Shown here one piece after another: positions 1-13,537 of a stretch of 64,000 nt of DNA (position 1 is the first letter of the stretch; each line of letters begins with the position of its first letter). The position numbers and the translations under genes are program-made. Under the pieces are notes generated by a model. The model was not told the DNA's origin. It ran no database searches and was given only the letters and a program-made list of their open reading frames with translations. Location: positions 128,245 through 192,244 of the forward strand of contig QPMI01000449.1 in NCBI GenBank assembly GCA_004431415.1. Reading direction: 5' to 3'. This stretch comes from Cyanophora paradoxa CCMP329. Its lineage: Eukaryota; Plantae; Glaucophyta.

Positions 1-73
1 CGCGAGCTCTTCCCCCTCGGGTCCGCGCGGATCAAATCCGGAAAGATCAAATCCTTATCGAATCGCGCCCCAG

Positions 74-3000
74 GACGCTCGAGATGGGCCCGCTGCTGGA
101 CGAGGAGGACCTCGAGCTGCTGTACCCCCTCTCCCAGGCGCGCCCGCCCGCCCGCGGTCCATGCTTCCAGCTGGCCTGGGTCTAGATCACGGGGCCGGCA
201 CCGAGCGCTAGGCCTAGGGCAGTCGCCCGGCTCCCCCTGGGCCTTGAAGCCGGTACCGGCGGGTACCACATGCAAAGCCTAAGGGGCGTAGATGCGGTCT
301 CCCTGCCCAACCCCCCGTAACCGCTGCGGCGATTCGTCTTGAGGCGGTCGCTGAGGCGGGGCGGGGCGGGGCGGGGCGGGGCGCAGGCGCTGCAGCTGGA
401 CCCAACCCCTGCGGCGGCGGCGGCGGCGGCTGTGGCACAGGGCGGCTCGTTCCGCGCCCGACGCAGCGCCTACACGCGGCCCTCGGCGCAGCAGCCGCCG
501 GCGCAGCCTTCGGCCGTCGGCCGCGAGTCCCCCGCCGGAGCCGCGCCCCAGATACCGGAGCCGGGGCCGGGGGCGGGGCCGGCCTCGCCCCGGCTCAGCC
601 CCCTCCCGCCCAACCGCCGCCGTTCCATCGCGTGCGCCTCATCTGATCGGATCCGATCCCATCTGATGCGATGTGATGTGATCTGATCTGATGTGATTTG
701 ATCCGCGGCGGCAGGTGGGTGCCTGCCGAGTCCCTCGCTGCTGCGGCCGCGGGAGATTTCATCCCCCCCCACCTCCCGAACCCGCATTCCCCCGCGCCCG
801 AGTCCCCCCTCCCCGGCCCCGAGAGCCCCCGCAGGCTGGCGGTCCCCGCGGGCCGCTACGCGCGCCGGCGCTCGAGCGCGGGTAGCCAGGCGGGCCCTAC
901 CCCCCCCGAGGACCTCTCGGCGTACCAGGCGCCCAGTCCCTCGCTCGCGATCGGACCGGGGGCGGGCGAGCGGGACCGGCGGCGGAGTCTCGCCGCGGGC
1001 GCGCGCGGGCAACGGAAGCACTCGGCCGCTGCGAGGTGCGCGCGCCGGCGGCACAACGCATGGGCAGCCAAGTACCGCTAGAGGGACCGAGGGCCGCGCC
1101 TGTCCCGCCTTGTCCCTATCTATAATTCCCAAGCTTGCCCCCCAGTCTCCCCCTCTCCCTTTGAACAGGCTTTACCTCAAGCTGAAGCTAAGCGGTACCC
1201 CCCCGCGCAGCGATCTCGAGGGTGGCAGCGGCGGCGGCAGCGGGGGGGAGAACAGCGAGCAGGAGGCGGTACCCCTCGGGCGCCTCCTCGCCGTCCCCTG
1301 GGTACCCTCCCCCGAGGGCCCCACCTCCCCCGTGGCCCGCCGCCGATCGGTTGCGCTCCAAGCCCCCCCTGCCCCCGCCCGAGCGTTTCCGCTCATATGA
1401 GCCGCCCGGCAGGCCGCGCCCCCGCCGCCGTCAACGATGGCGGAGGGCGCCGACCCCTCGGGGCCCGACTCGATGCCGGCGCCTCATATGAGCCACGAGG
1501 GCTCCGTGGCGCTTCCCCTTCCGTTGAAGGCTCGGGAGGCTCCGCGCCGCGAGTCAAACGGCTCGGGAGGGCCGGCGCCGGCGCCGGGGCCGGCGGGAGG
1601 CGGGGACGGCGCCCTCCTCCCCGGCATCGTCCTCCCCATGCCCGCATCGGACTCGTCGGAGCCGCACCACGGCTTTGCCTCGCTCGGCTCTTTCCCCCCC
1701 GTCGAGCCGCACTCGCCCCTACCCCCCCACCCTCCTCCCCCTCCTCCTCCTCCTCCTCTTCGGGCCGGGAACGAGGGCGCGAAAGAGGGCGAGCAGCCGC
1801 GCGCCCCCCCGGCCCGCGTGCAGCACCGCACCATGTCCGTCGATTCCGTCGCCTCCTCCTCGCACGGCGAGCACGGCGGCCTCTCCGGTTCCGGAGGCCC
1901 CTTCGGAGGCCTAAGCGGCCTGTCGGGCCTGCGGGCGCCGGTGCCTAACGAGCCTCGCCGGGAGTCCAACGCCTCTCGGGCCGAGGCCCCGCTCACGACC
2001 ACGCGCGGGCCCCAGCGGCGCGTCTCCCAGATCGGGGGGGTACTGAGCGGTGCGCCTTCACCTCGCCCCCTAGGGCCTCCCCTCTCGCCCCCTTGGCCAT
2101 GGGCGATGTTAATGTTAACGGTACTATCCTTACTAAAAACAAATGCGCATAAAGGTCTCGACTGTGCGAATAGATTTTAACTGATTATCACTTGCGCCCC
2201 CTCCCCCTTCTTTCCCTCCGAACCGGCACCGACCCGCCCCGCCCCTTCCGCAGTCGACCCGCCAGCCAAGTACCTCGCACGCGCCCTCCGCGCGCTGGTC
2301 GCGAAGCTCGTCACGCGGCGCGCGGCCGCGGCCGGCCCCATCCTCCTTGTCTTCGAAGGTACCCCCCCCCCCCCCCCCCCGCGCCGCGCCGCCCGGCCTC
2401 GAATTAGAACCCGGCCGCCTCTTCAGACGCGCACCACGCGGACAGCCAGTCGTGGGCGGCGATCGGCAGCCTCCTGGCCGCGCTGGCGGGCGCGCCGGCG
2501 GCCCGCGCGCGCCTCGCCGTCCTCGTCACGATCCGGCCGCTCGCGAGCGCCTCCCTCGCCGCCCGCCTCGCCCAGCGCCTCCTGGAGGCGGGGCCCACCG
2601 CCGTCCAGCACGTCGTCCTTGGACCCCTCTCCGAAGGTCCGCGAAGCCGCCCTACGCCTCTTTCCCGCCCAAATTCAAATTCAAATTCGAAATTTTCGGC
2701 GCAGGGGACGTGGAATCGCTGTGCCTGGCGGCGCTGGGCGCCCAGCGCCTCCCGCGCGCCGTGCAGGCCTTCATCAGCGCTCAGGTGCGCTGGGCGCGCG
2801 CCGCGCCCGGAATCGAATATTAATGTGAATCGGCTGCAGCCGCTGCGGTTGCTGTAGTCCATAAGATTGTAGCGTTTTGAAATCGATATCCGAACCATCT
2901 GAATTCTAAGCCTCTGAACTATTATATGAACTATCTAAACTATCTGCTCTGAACTATTGTATGAACCATCTAAACTATCTGAAGTCCAATTCGAAACTAT

Positions 3001-6000
3001 CTTAACTATATATTATCCAAACCATCTGAATTCAATTGCAAAGCCTCTGAACTGTATTCTTCTTATCCGACACGATCCGCGCCCGCGCCCGCGCCCGCGC
3101 CCGCGCGCAGGCTGAAGGCCTACCCATGCTGGTCTCGGACCTGGCCCGGTCCCTGGTCGCAGACGGCTTCCTGGAGGTGCGTGGATTAGAGTTTATATTA
3201 GGTATAGGTATAGGTATTAGGTATTAGGATTATAGGTATTAGATCGTAGAACTAGTTATCGAATTAGGTGCGCACTGTCAATTATTTAGGATGCTATGAT
3301 AACGTACGCGCGATCGATACCATATCATAAATTTAGAACAAGAGTCGAAGTTAGAGCGTAGCGGTAAAGCGTTAGCGATTGCGTGCCCGACCTCGCTCGG
3401 CCCTTTGGCTCTTCGGTTCCTCAGCTTTCCGCTCCGCAGGTGGACCCGAGCGGCGAAGTGCTGGTGAAGAAGGCGCTTCGGAGGCTCAAGCCCACCGTGA
3501 GCCCGCCTTTATTATATTAAGCTTAAGCTCCCCTGGACCGCAATGAGACGTCTTTCTTAATCATCTTATTTGATCCATCTTTCCATCTTTCAATCTTTCC
3601 ATCTCTCTTTCTGCTACCGTTGTGCCGCTGATCGGCGGGCAGGACGGGGCGCGCTCAGCACTGGTTGGCAGCCTCGACCGCCTCACCCCCTCCCAGGTGC
3701 GCATCTTTCGTTTTCCTTCCCTTCACTTCCTCCTCCTTCTGATGGCTGGTTTTATATTACGTATACTTATACAGGCGATGACCCTCAAGCTCGCCTCTGT
3801 GGCGGGGGTGCACTTCTCCGCGGCGGAGGTTCTCGCGTGCCACCCGGGCACAGGCGCCGGCGCCGGGGCCGGCGCCGGCGCGGAGCGGCCTCTGGCGGAG
3901 TCCGGGTCCGCGCTGCCGGCGCCCTCCGCAAGGAAGCGGGGTACGGGTCTGGCCGTGGCCGCCACCGTCGCCGCGGCCGGCACGCTGGAGTTCGAACTGG
4001 ACGAGGTAAATACGCACGCGTACCCCCTCCCTCCTTCCCCCCCTCGACGCCGACGCGGCTTGCTTGCAATTGCAGCTGCAGGCGGCCACGGGCCTGGCGG
4101 CCGCCCTGGCGCGCGATCTGGCGGCGCTGGTCGACCTCCACATGCTGGTGCGAACCTGCGCTTTAAAAACGTTACCGTTACCGTCAACGTTGCTAGAATG
4201 GAATTAGGAAGTTGGTGCGCATCGGCGCTCTAAAACACTTTACCTAGCTATAGCTATAGGAAGTTCGATGACAAAGCGCGTCGGCGCTTTGAGCAGATTG
4301 TGATGCGAGAGCGGGTTAGGCTTCATAAAACTCATAGATAGAGCTTCGAAACGCGGCCCAGATCATCGTGAGGCGGGTCCCACTGACCTTCGTTCGCAGG
4401 CGGAGGTCGCGGCGGGGCCGGCGGGGGGGGAGGGCCTGGAGCTCGTCGCGCGCCCCGACGACGAGGCCGGCCCGGGGGGGGATCTCGAGGGGGGGAAAGA
4501 AGGGGGCGAGGGGGAGGGCGCCGCGGAGGCGTCGACGGAGTACGAGTTCGTCCAGCCAATGCTCCAGGTTCGATCCGTTTCAGGACGCTTTCATTCGATC
4601 TTATATGATTATATATATACATCTCACAACGAATAAGAGATGTCTTCGTGCAACGAGATCTATGTATAAGATCTTATGGATCATAGCGTTCTTGTACCCT
4701 CGCACGTTCCCGCAGCGAAGTTTAGAACGTTCCTCCTCACAGCGAACTAATTCGAGCCTAAATCCGTCCGTTCGTTCGGGCCCGCAGGAGGTGGTCTACA
4801 CGCTCCTGCCGCCCGCCGAGCGGCGCGCCCTCCACCTGAGGCTCGCCCGCCACCACGAGGTGCAGCGCGCTCTTATATATATATGTGATTTGGGATTTGT
4901 CTGCTTAAGGGCCTAAATACTCTTCTCTCTGCCTCGTATTAAAAAGGAGCGGCTGGCGGCGCGGGGTGGTCTCCGCGGCCTCTGACTTGAGACTTGTAAG
5001 CTGAAGGGCTTACATCTTCTGTCTCGTATCAAAAAGGAGCTAAAATAAGGAGCCCCTAAATAAGGGCTTTATTAAGGGCTTAAATAATCTTCTCTCTGTC
5101 ATCTTCTGTCTTACATAAGGGCTTAACTAATCTTCTCTCCGTCTCATATATACTTCACAGGAGCGGCTGGCGGCGCGGGGCGGCCTCCGCGAGCTCGAGG
5201 GCGAGGGCGAGGGCGTCACCGAAGACCACGATTTGATCACGGTGCGCGCGCGATCGTGAGCGGTGCAAATTAGAGCTCTAAAAGTGGATCTAGAGCGATA
5301 AGGCATATGCGTGCTTTCTCCATCGATAGCTCCCGTCGTTGCACACTGTCTCAGAGGCCGATATCTATCGCGAGGGAACACCCTCTAGTGCCTTTAATTT
5401 CTCCAGAAACTCTTAAGCCACTGCGTTCCCTGCGGGTTCCCTTAGTAGCGACGAGGCGGCGTGCGGCTCGGTTCGAATTCGACTCCCATCTCTCTCCCGA
5501 ACCCGACTTCGTTCGCTTCGCCTCGCTCGAACTCGAACTCGCAGGTGCTGGCGTACCACTACGAGCTGGCGGGCGAGCGGGGCCACGCCTGCCTCTTCCT
5601 CGAGCGGTACCCCCCCTTCCGCTCTTTTGAATTTGACGGACTCCGCCCCGGCGCTTCGCGCTGACGCGACGACGCCCTCTCCGGCGAGTAGATGCGCGGA
5701 CGTGGCGCACCAGCAGCACGCCAACCTCGAGGCGCGCCCGCCCCTAAACTATAAGAACTATAAGAACCTAATCTATAAGCTTCTATATATGAACTATAAG
5801 CTCTATAAAGCTATAAGCTTCTGTAAGATCTGGCGCACCAGCAGCACGCCAACCTCGAGGCTCGCCCCCCCCCCCCCCTCCCGGCTCGCCCTTCGAATCC
5901 AGATCGCCGCCATCTATAAGTTTCTATGTATGAACTATAAGCCCTATAAGCTATAAACTTCTGTTAGATCTCGCCCCCGCGCGGAATCCGGATCGCCGCG

Positions 6001-9000
6001 CGCCGGCGCCCCCCTCTCCCTCCCTCCCAACTCGTCCTCCGAATCTGATCTGAATCTGAATCTGAATCTGAGCTGATTTCTCCCCCCCGTGGCCATGCAG
6101 GCGGCCCGCCTGTACGAGGACCTGATCCGCATGGGCGGCGACAGGTGCGTGTGGTCCGAGCTGCGGCCGTCGGACTTCCGAGCCGCCCTCTCCGCCTTTA
6201 AGATTAGCTGTAAGCTAAAGTTTCCATGATATATAAGGACCGTGCGCTCATGCTAAAGCTAAAGCTAAAGCTAAAGCTTCCTCCATGGGCGGCGACACGT
6301 GCGCCGGGCCGCGGCCGTCGGACCCCCGAGTCGCCCACTCTCTTCGCCGCGCCCCACCAAACCTTGGCCCTCGCCCCCACCAAACCTTCGCCTCTCGCAG
6401 GGCGCCCAAGGCCTCGCTGGTCCGCTGGCTCCGCTGCCACGGCGAGGTCCTCGCCCGCATGGAGTGCGCCCCGCCCCGCCCGCCCGTACACTAAACGAAA
6501 CCAAACTAAGTTCGTCGAATTAGCTAAACTAAACTATAGCTAACTAAGTAAACTAAACGCCCGTACACTAGAGGAAACCAAACGGGAAAAGCTAGCTCGC
6601 GATCGGCCCGCCCGTAAACTAAACCAAACTAAGTTCGTCGAATTAGCTACGATATCGAATCGATCGTCGAATCGAACGCTACTAGCGGCTATATATAGCT
6701 CCCGGACCGCCCGTACACTAAACTAAACCAAACGTGAAAAGCTAGCTCGCGATCGTCGAATCGAACGCTACTACTAGCGGCTATAGCTATAGCTAGGAGC
6801 CTCCAAGCTTAAGCATCCAAGATTAGCTGTAAGCTGAAGCTTCCAGGATAAGCTATAAGCTACAAGCTTCCGATAGAGTTCGCGATCGCCCGCTGCAACA
6901 GCTTAAGCTTGCGGTTGTCTAAGGCTTAGCTTTGTATTATTTGAAATATCTAGAAGCTCCAAGCGTATCTGGAGTTCAAGCCGCATCCTATCTAAGGCTA
7001 TAGCTAGCTATAGGCCTAGGTATCCGTCCGTCCATCCATCCATCCATAAGCTTCCGAATTGAAGGGAACGAGGTCCTTCCATCTATCTCTCCATCTATCT
7101 GACGCCCGCGATCTATCTGATGCTATTTTATTCATCTATTTAATGCCTTGCGCTCCGCCCGCCCGCCAGTTTAGCCAGTCTAGCCTCTCTGATGCATGCG
7201 CATCCATCCGCCTTCACCTCACGCCCTCCGCCCTCCGCCCTCCGCCCGCCAGCCTGAACGCCGAGGCGGTCGCCTCCTTCGTGCGCGCCATGGACGCCCT
7301 GGGCCAGCGCGTGCCCCGCTCCGCCCTCGTCCGCTCCGCCGCCGCCGCCCTCAACGTCCTCCGCGTCGCGATCGCCGCGAGGTGCGAAATATAATTAAAG
7401 AGAAACGCAGCGCCGTTTGGAGAGCCGTTTGGATACTAGAGATTCTAGAGCCGTTTGGATACTAGAGCTTTCTAGAGCCGTTTGGAGATTCTAGAGCCGT
7501 TTGGATACTTTGGCGCTCGCCATAGAAGCTAACTAGAGCCTCAACGCCGCCCGCGTCGCCTTCGGCTCCGCTGGCCGATCGCGAGTGTACATAGCGGAGA
7601 ATCTAGAGCCGTTTGGATACTTTGGCGCTCGCCATATAAGCTATAGCTGAAAGCTTCCAATGTACTCGTCGCCGCGAGGTATGCGTATGCGAACTACCGT
7701 ACATAAGCTTACGCGACGTCGACGCGCTTCCGATGTGCTCTGAGCGCCGTCCTCCGCGTGCGCGGCCTGCCGCCAGGCCGTTGCCCCTCGCGGGGCGGTG
7801 ATATTATCGCGGCCGCCCCGCGTGGTGATATATATAGGCCATAAGCTCACTGCAGTGCAAGCCTTGTTTGTACGGATATCGATGCGTCTGACGCGCGCGC
7901 CCTGGCGGACAGGCGGCCGCCGCGCGTGCAAGAGTACCTGCGGCGCGCCGCCCAGCGGCCACTCTCGCCCCAAGAACTCGAGGAGGTGCTTCAAACTCGA
8001 ATGTCTCGTCGTATGTTCGTCGACTCCGATCCGCTGACCGAGCCGCGTTCCGAACAGCAATTCGAGACGACTCTGATTATGTCGGGGGCGACTGTGAGCG
8101 CCTACAACTCGAGCCAGGTGCCTTCAGCCTTTCGGGAGCCACATACGATTCGGCTTCGAAGCTCAAGCGAGCGTTCCTCCGTCTCAGATGAACATGAACA
8201 AGTACCTTATTTCCAGAGCGGTGAGCGAGCGCGCGCGCGGCCGCGGCCCTGCTGCGCTCGTCTCCAACCCCGCGCCCGCCCCTCCTTGACGCCGGCGCAG
8301 GCTCTGCTGGGGGTCTCTTGCGAGGAGGTCCGCCGGCCCCCCCCCCCCCCCCCCCCCCCCCCTCCTCCTCCTCCCCCCCTCCTCCCCCCCAAAATCGCAA
8401 GTCCCTCCGGCCATGCCTCCGTTTGAATGGCCACGCCTTCGCCGGTGTGCAGGGGGGGCCGATGGCGGCGATGTGCCTGTCGCGCGTCGCGCAGCTCACA
8501 CTCTTCGGCGGCCGCCGCGACGACGCCGTCAAGTGGTGCGCTGGTTTAATTTGATCTGGCTGATCACAACTAGGAATTTGATAGGTTCTTGTTCGAATTT
8601 CTTGTTCCTATCTCCTATATACATAGCTATCTCCTGGCTATAGTTTCCGGTTCTACGACGCCGTCAAGTGGTGCACGCGCGAGCGCGCGAGCGCCCCGCG
8701 GCCGATCGGCACTGGGCCTCCACCCACGCCTTCAAAGAGCGCATATTTTCCACTCTATTTCAACATCGCTGCCTTCTACTACTAGTACTCCCTCCTTTCT
8801 CATTTCTAACGTTTCTGATTCGAATTCGAAGGGCGCACCTGGCGTGGGCCGTCGCGCGCGAGGTCAGATTCAGATTCAGATCAAATTCGGATCTGATCTG
8901 AGATCTGAGATCGGGTCCTACAGGTGGATTCCCCCCTCCTCTGGGGCTCGATCGCCATCCCCCTCGCCTTCGCCCTCACCCTGTCCCTCGGTCCGAGATT

Positions 9001-12000
9001 TGATTCGATCCGAGATTTGATCCGAGATTTGATCCGAGATTTGATCCGGGCCGGGGCCAGACCACGTCGCGGCGGGCTCTGCGTGCGCGTTCTTCGCGGA
9101 CCACGCATACTCCCAGAAGTGCGCTCCAGTTTCTTGCGCAATTATAACTATTCATAAGGTCTAGCCAGTTTCGTCTCGAGTAAGGCCTAGGGTTTAGCGC
9201 TCCTCACCCCGGCCCCACAATCTGAACCCCCCTGCACTCCAGCACGAGACCGGAGCTTTTAGTTCCCTATGACCGCATCCTCCTCAAGCTTCTGTTCTAT
9301 GCGCATCCTTCCTCTAGAATGGACGCTCCCTCTGACAGCACCCTCCTGCGGATCTCAGCTCCCTCTGACAGCACCCTCCTCCTGTCCATAAATGCGCAGG
9401 GACATCTTCCTGCTCGCCGTCATCAACAGCGTGCGGGCCAACCTCGGGCTCCGGGGCGACCCCGCCACCGCCTTCTCCAACGGAGTCGCCAGCTTCCTCT
9501 CCGACCTCCGGGTCCGCCTGCGTGGTCCAGCTTATAAATGATTAGTTGCTGCTAGAGCTCTATTAAGAGAAAGCTTAAAGCTTTTATGAGCTTGATTCAC
9601 TTGCCAAGTTGCAATCAAGACTGATCACGAGCTTGAATCACCGATATCGATGCGACTACTTCTCGTCCCCCGCCCTAGGCCTACGCCTAGGCCTACGCCT
9701 TTGGCCTTACGCTTCCCAACCGAATCGGATCGATCCGGACTTGATCCCGCCCCCGCCCCCCGGCCCCCTCCCCGCCCCCGCGCAGCGGGTCCTCGAGAGC
9801 GTCGCTAACTAAAATGTATAGCGGCCATTAATGTATATAACTAAAAAGAGCTAGCGGTGGTCCGGGTTACTTGGACTTGGTTATATACATATCCTAGAGC
9901 TTGATCATGAGCTTAGGTTCCTCCCCGATGCGACTTCTCGTCCCCTGCCCTAGGCCTTGGCCCTTCCCAACCGAATCGAATCGATCCGGACTTGATCCCG
10001 CCCCGGCCCCCGGCCCCCGCCCCCGCGCAGCTGGTCATCGAGAGCGTCGCCAAGCAGCCCGACCTCGTCAGCGACTTCCTCGTGGTGCGCCCCGGGCCCG
10101 GGCCCGTTCATAACAGTTGGTTTGGTGAACTAGCTAGATCTAGAGTTTATAGTCTCGTATAGATCTGGTGCTTCGAGTTTCTAGTCTTCGCCCCGGGCCC
10201 GGGCTCGTTTATATTAGTTGGTTTGGTGAACTAGCTGTATAGTCTCGTCTATTCTCCATCGAACTAGCTATAGAACTAGCTATATATAGATCTGGTGCTT
10301 CGAGTCTCTGGTCTCGTACAGTCTCGTCTCTCTAGTCTCTAGACTTCCTCGTGGTGCGCACCGGCCCCGGGCCCGTTTATATTAGTTGGTTTGTTACCGG
10401 TGAACTAGCTAGAGTTTACAGTCTCGTATAGATCTGGTGCTTCGAGTTTCTAGTCTCGTCTCTCTAGTCTCTAGACGTCCCTGTGGTGCGCCTCGGGCCA
10501 TATGCATGGCGGGCAGGGGAGGCTAGCGGGCCCAGAGGGGGAGGGGGAGTGGGGGCGGTGCGTGGTGCACCCTCGGCCGGTCTAGTTTGGCGCACTAGAG
10601 ACTAGACCAGGCGCCCTGGGCCAGTTAAGTCTCTAGATCTAGTCTCGTCTAGTTTAGTTTGGTGAACTCGATCTAGAACCGAACTGGAGGCTGGGCGTTT
10701 CTCCGCCCTTCCGAAGCTCCCCGTGGTCCTCCCCGGGCCGGCGGGCCGGGGAGGCTAGCGTGCCTAGAGGGGGAGTTGCGCGGAACTAGTTTGGTTTGGT
10801 GGACTAGATCTAGAATCTTCTAGATCGTACGTGGTGCGGCCTGGGCCGGTCTAGATCTAGTTTGGTGAGCTAGATATAGAATCAATCGAGCGGCTGGACG
10901 TTTCTCCGCCCTTAAGCTTTTTGGCGGTGCGGCCTCTAAGCTTAAGCGCCGTATAGAGGCGGGGAGAATAGAGGCGAGGCGCTCGCCCATCCAAACTCGG
11001 CCGCGGGCCGAAAATCTTTCACTTCAAATTCGTGCATCTGACGCGGCGCCAGCTCACGAACACAGTCGCCCTCATGGGGTACACCAGCATGGTGGACCCC
11101 GCCGCGGCCCTGGAGGGGTACGAGGACTTCCTCGCCACGCGCGCGAGCAACTTCAACGCGAACGTTCGCCTGCAGGTGCCCCTACCCCCCCCCCAACACT
11201 TTGAATACGCTTGAGATTGAGCTAAGATATATACAAGTTTCACTGGGCTTAAGAGGGGCGCGCCCCCTCCTTTGATTAAGCTTTGAGCTCTAGCTTCGAG
11301 GTAGACTAGGGAGGAGAGGCCGCGGCCCCTGACCTTTGTTGCCGTGCGCAGGCCCTCGCCGCCGGCGCCCACGCGGAAGCAAGCCCGGCCCCCCACCCCC
11401 GCTTCAAGGCTTTCCGGCACTGCGTTTATAATTACACGTTGTTTTCGCTCGCGATCGCAGGCTCTTTGGCGGGGGCGGGGCGTGAAGGCGCGCGCCCGCG
11501 ACGGGCGGAGCCTGGCGCGCCTGGCGGCCGACGCCTGCAGGCTGGTGGGGAAGGCCCGGGGCACGGACATCGCCGGGCGCCTGTCCGAGTTCTCGGTGCG
11601 CGGCAGAGTCCGCCGAACTCTGCCAGGCAGAGTTCGTCGAACTCTGCCAGGCAGAGCTCAATGCCTAGGCCGCCTCCCGCTTTAAGATTTGGCGCCGCGC
11701 ACAATTTTCCGCTCATGCATGCGCAGGAACCCTTCTGGAACGCCACCTTCGTGGCGTATCTTTGCCTCCTCCAAAACGCCGCCGACCGCGCGGGGCCGCC
11801 CCCGCTGCCGGCGGCCGTGCTGGTGCCCTGCATTGCGCCGGCGGCCCCCGGGACGGCCGAGGGCACGCCGCCCCGCGATCGGAAGGCGTCCGCGGGCCAG
11901 CCGGCGCCCGAGCCGACGGGCGACGAGCTGCGGGCCGCTGTCCGCGCGGGCTGCCACTTCTTCTCGGGCGCTATGGTCCGCCCCCCGAATCCATCCGCCC

Positions 12001-12380
12001 GAGTCCCGTTAACGTTTTAGTTTGCCTTCGCATAAATTTTCTTGACGGGAACCGAACCGCAGTCCCGGGTCTACGCGGTCCGGTCGCTGGCGGAGATCGC
12101 GGCTGGCGTGGGCCACTCGGCCAAGGGCAGCTATTCGAAGGCGCTCCGGTGCTTCGCGCGCGCGGCCGGCATGGCGCGCGCCACCGGCCAGCCCCGCGAC
12201 ACCGCGCGGGCGCTCCTGCTGCAGGCGGCGCACACAGAGGCGGCCGGCGAGCGCGCCGCGCTGGCCGCCTCGGCCGCCGCCGCCGCCTCTCAGTCCGGGG
12301 ACCAGGTCTTTTCGGGGCTGGCCCGGCGCGTCGCTGCCGCCTGCGCGGGCCCGGGGGCCGGCCTCGCCAACTTGCTTTGA
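74..12380 (+). CDS. STAND-class AAA ATPase + TPR protein, soluble adenylyl cyclase (ADCY10)-like architecture; multi-exon, 5' end outside window
   Basis: Spliced exons give Walker B PILLVFE-DAHHADSQSW (~2340-2450), a GxP motif AEGLPMLVSDLARSL (~3110), LDRLTPSQ-AMTLKLASVAG (~3670-3810), EVVYTLLPPAERRALHLRLARHHE (~4790) and TPR-like VLAYHYELAGERGHACLFLE-RCADVAHQQHANLEAARLYEDL. Last exon ends ...GLANLL* at 12380. Cyclase domains are not in the window. Confidence 0.8.
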
Positions 12381-12543
12381 CCATTGAATCGACGACGCAG
12401 TTTTCAATAACGTAGTGCAGTCGCTTAGGGGCAGTTCAATACTATACATATCGACAGCTGCAGTGTGAAGAACAGTTCGGCATTTGCAAACAATAGTAGA
12501 AGTGTATGGATCATGATCATGATGATGCCAGCAATGGACTCGA

Positions 12544-13307
12544 TCAGTGAATTTCGCACATGTACACGACCGCCTCCCGGACGTCATGATCATCCTCGGG
12601 GCGTGCGTGCGCGCCGGAGAACTCGAGGTCAAGGGCTGCGCGGCCGGGGCGGGGCCAAGTGAGAGAGATGGCTGCAAGGGCTGGGTGATCATGAGAGAGC
12701 GGGGCGCCCGCTCGCCTCGAGCTCGGAGGGACGCGGGGGAGGCCACGTGCACGGCCGCGGAAGCGGGGGCGCTCGGGGGAAGCTCCGCGCCCTCCCAGCG
12801 GGATCAATCCCCGCCGGGAAAGAAAGCTCGAGTTCAGGACGAGCCGCTGGAGCCCAGGAAGGGCAGCGAGTCCAGGAGGAAAGCGAGTCTAGGAGGCCTA
12901 GGGCGGCGGGGGCCATCGGGGTGACCGGCACGGCATCAGCGCCGCGCCGCCGGCCTTCCACAACCCCTCGAGCCGCGGCAGACTCGCCGCAGGCGGCGCA
13001 CTTTCCGCAGGTCGACCCGCGCCTCTCGCTTGGCGGGCGCGGCCGCGGGCGATGGGGCGCGGACGGCGGCCATAGCGCGGAGCTTCGCCTCTATCGGCAG
13101 GCAGAAGAAGGGCTCATCGCTGCTCACGTCCTCCTGCCCGAACGCCAGCTGCACGATGCGCAGAGGAGCGCGTCCGGCAAGTCGACGAGGCCCGCATGCG
13201 GGTCGAGATGCCGAGGACTGATACGCGTGGACCGCTCTGTCAGCCTCGGGCAGCCTGCGGAAAGGCACGAGAGCGCGAACCTTCACTTCGGGCCCATGGC
13301 GAGCCAT
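12544..13307 (-). CDS. hypothetical protein (spliced, uncertain)
   Basis: ATG (MARHGPEVK) is followed by a host-type GTTCGC donor. Terminal segment reads ...DLEFSGAHARPEDDHDVREAVVYMCEIH*. No recognisable domain. Confidence 0.3.
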
Positions 13308-13537
13308 GGCCCATGGCGTGCGGGCCCTCGCGACCGTCAGCGCACGCCGAGCAGTCCGCCTTGTCCACGCGCCGGCGCCTAGCTCCCCCTCTTCATCGAG
13401 ATGTGCACCTGTACCCCGACCTCGCGGCTTGGCCGGGCTTGCCCCGACTTGGCAGGGTTGCGGGCGCCTCAGCACGCCTCAGCAAGCTCTAAGTCCGCAG
13501 CGCAGCTTCGCGCGGCCTCGGCCGCGAACATCCTGGA

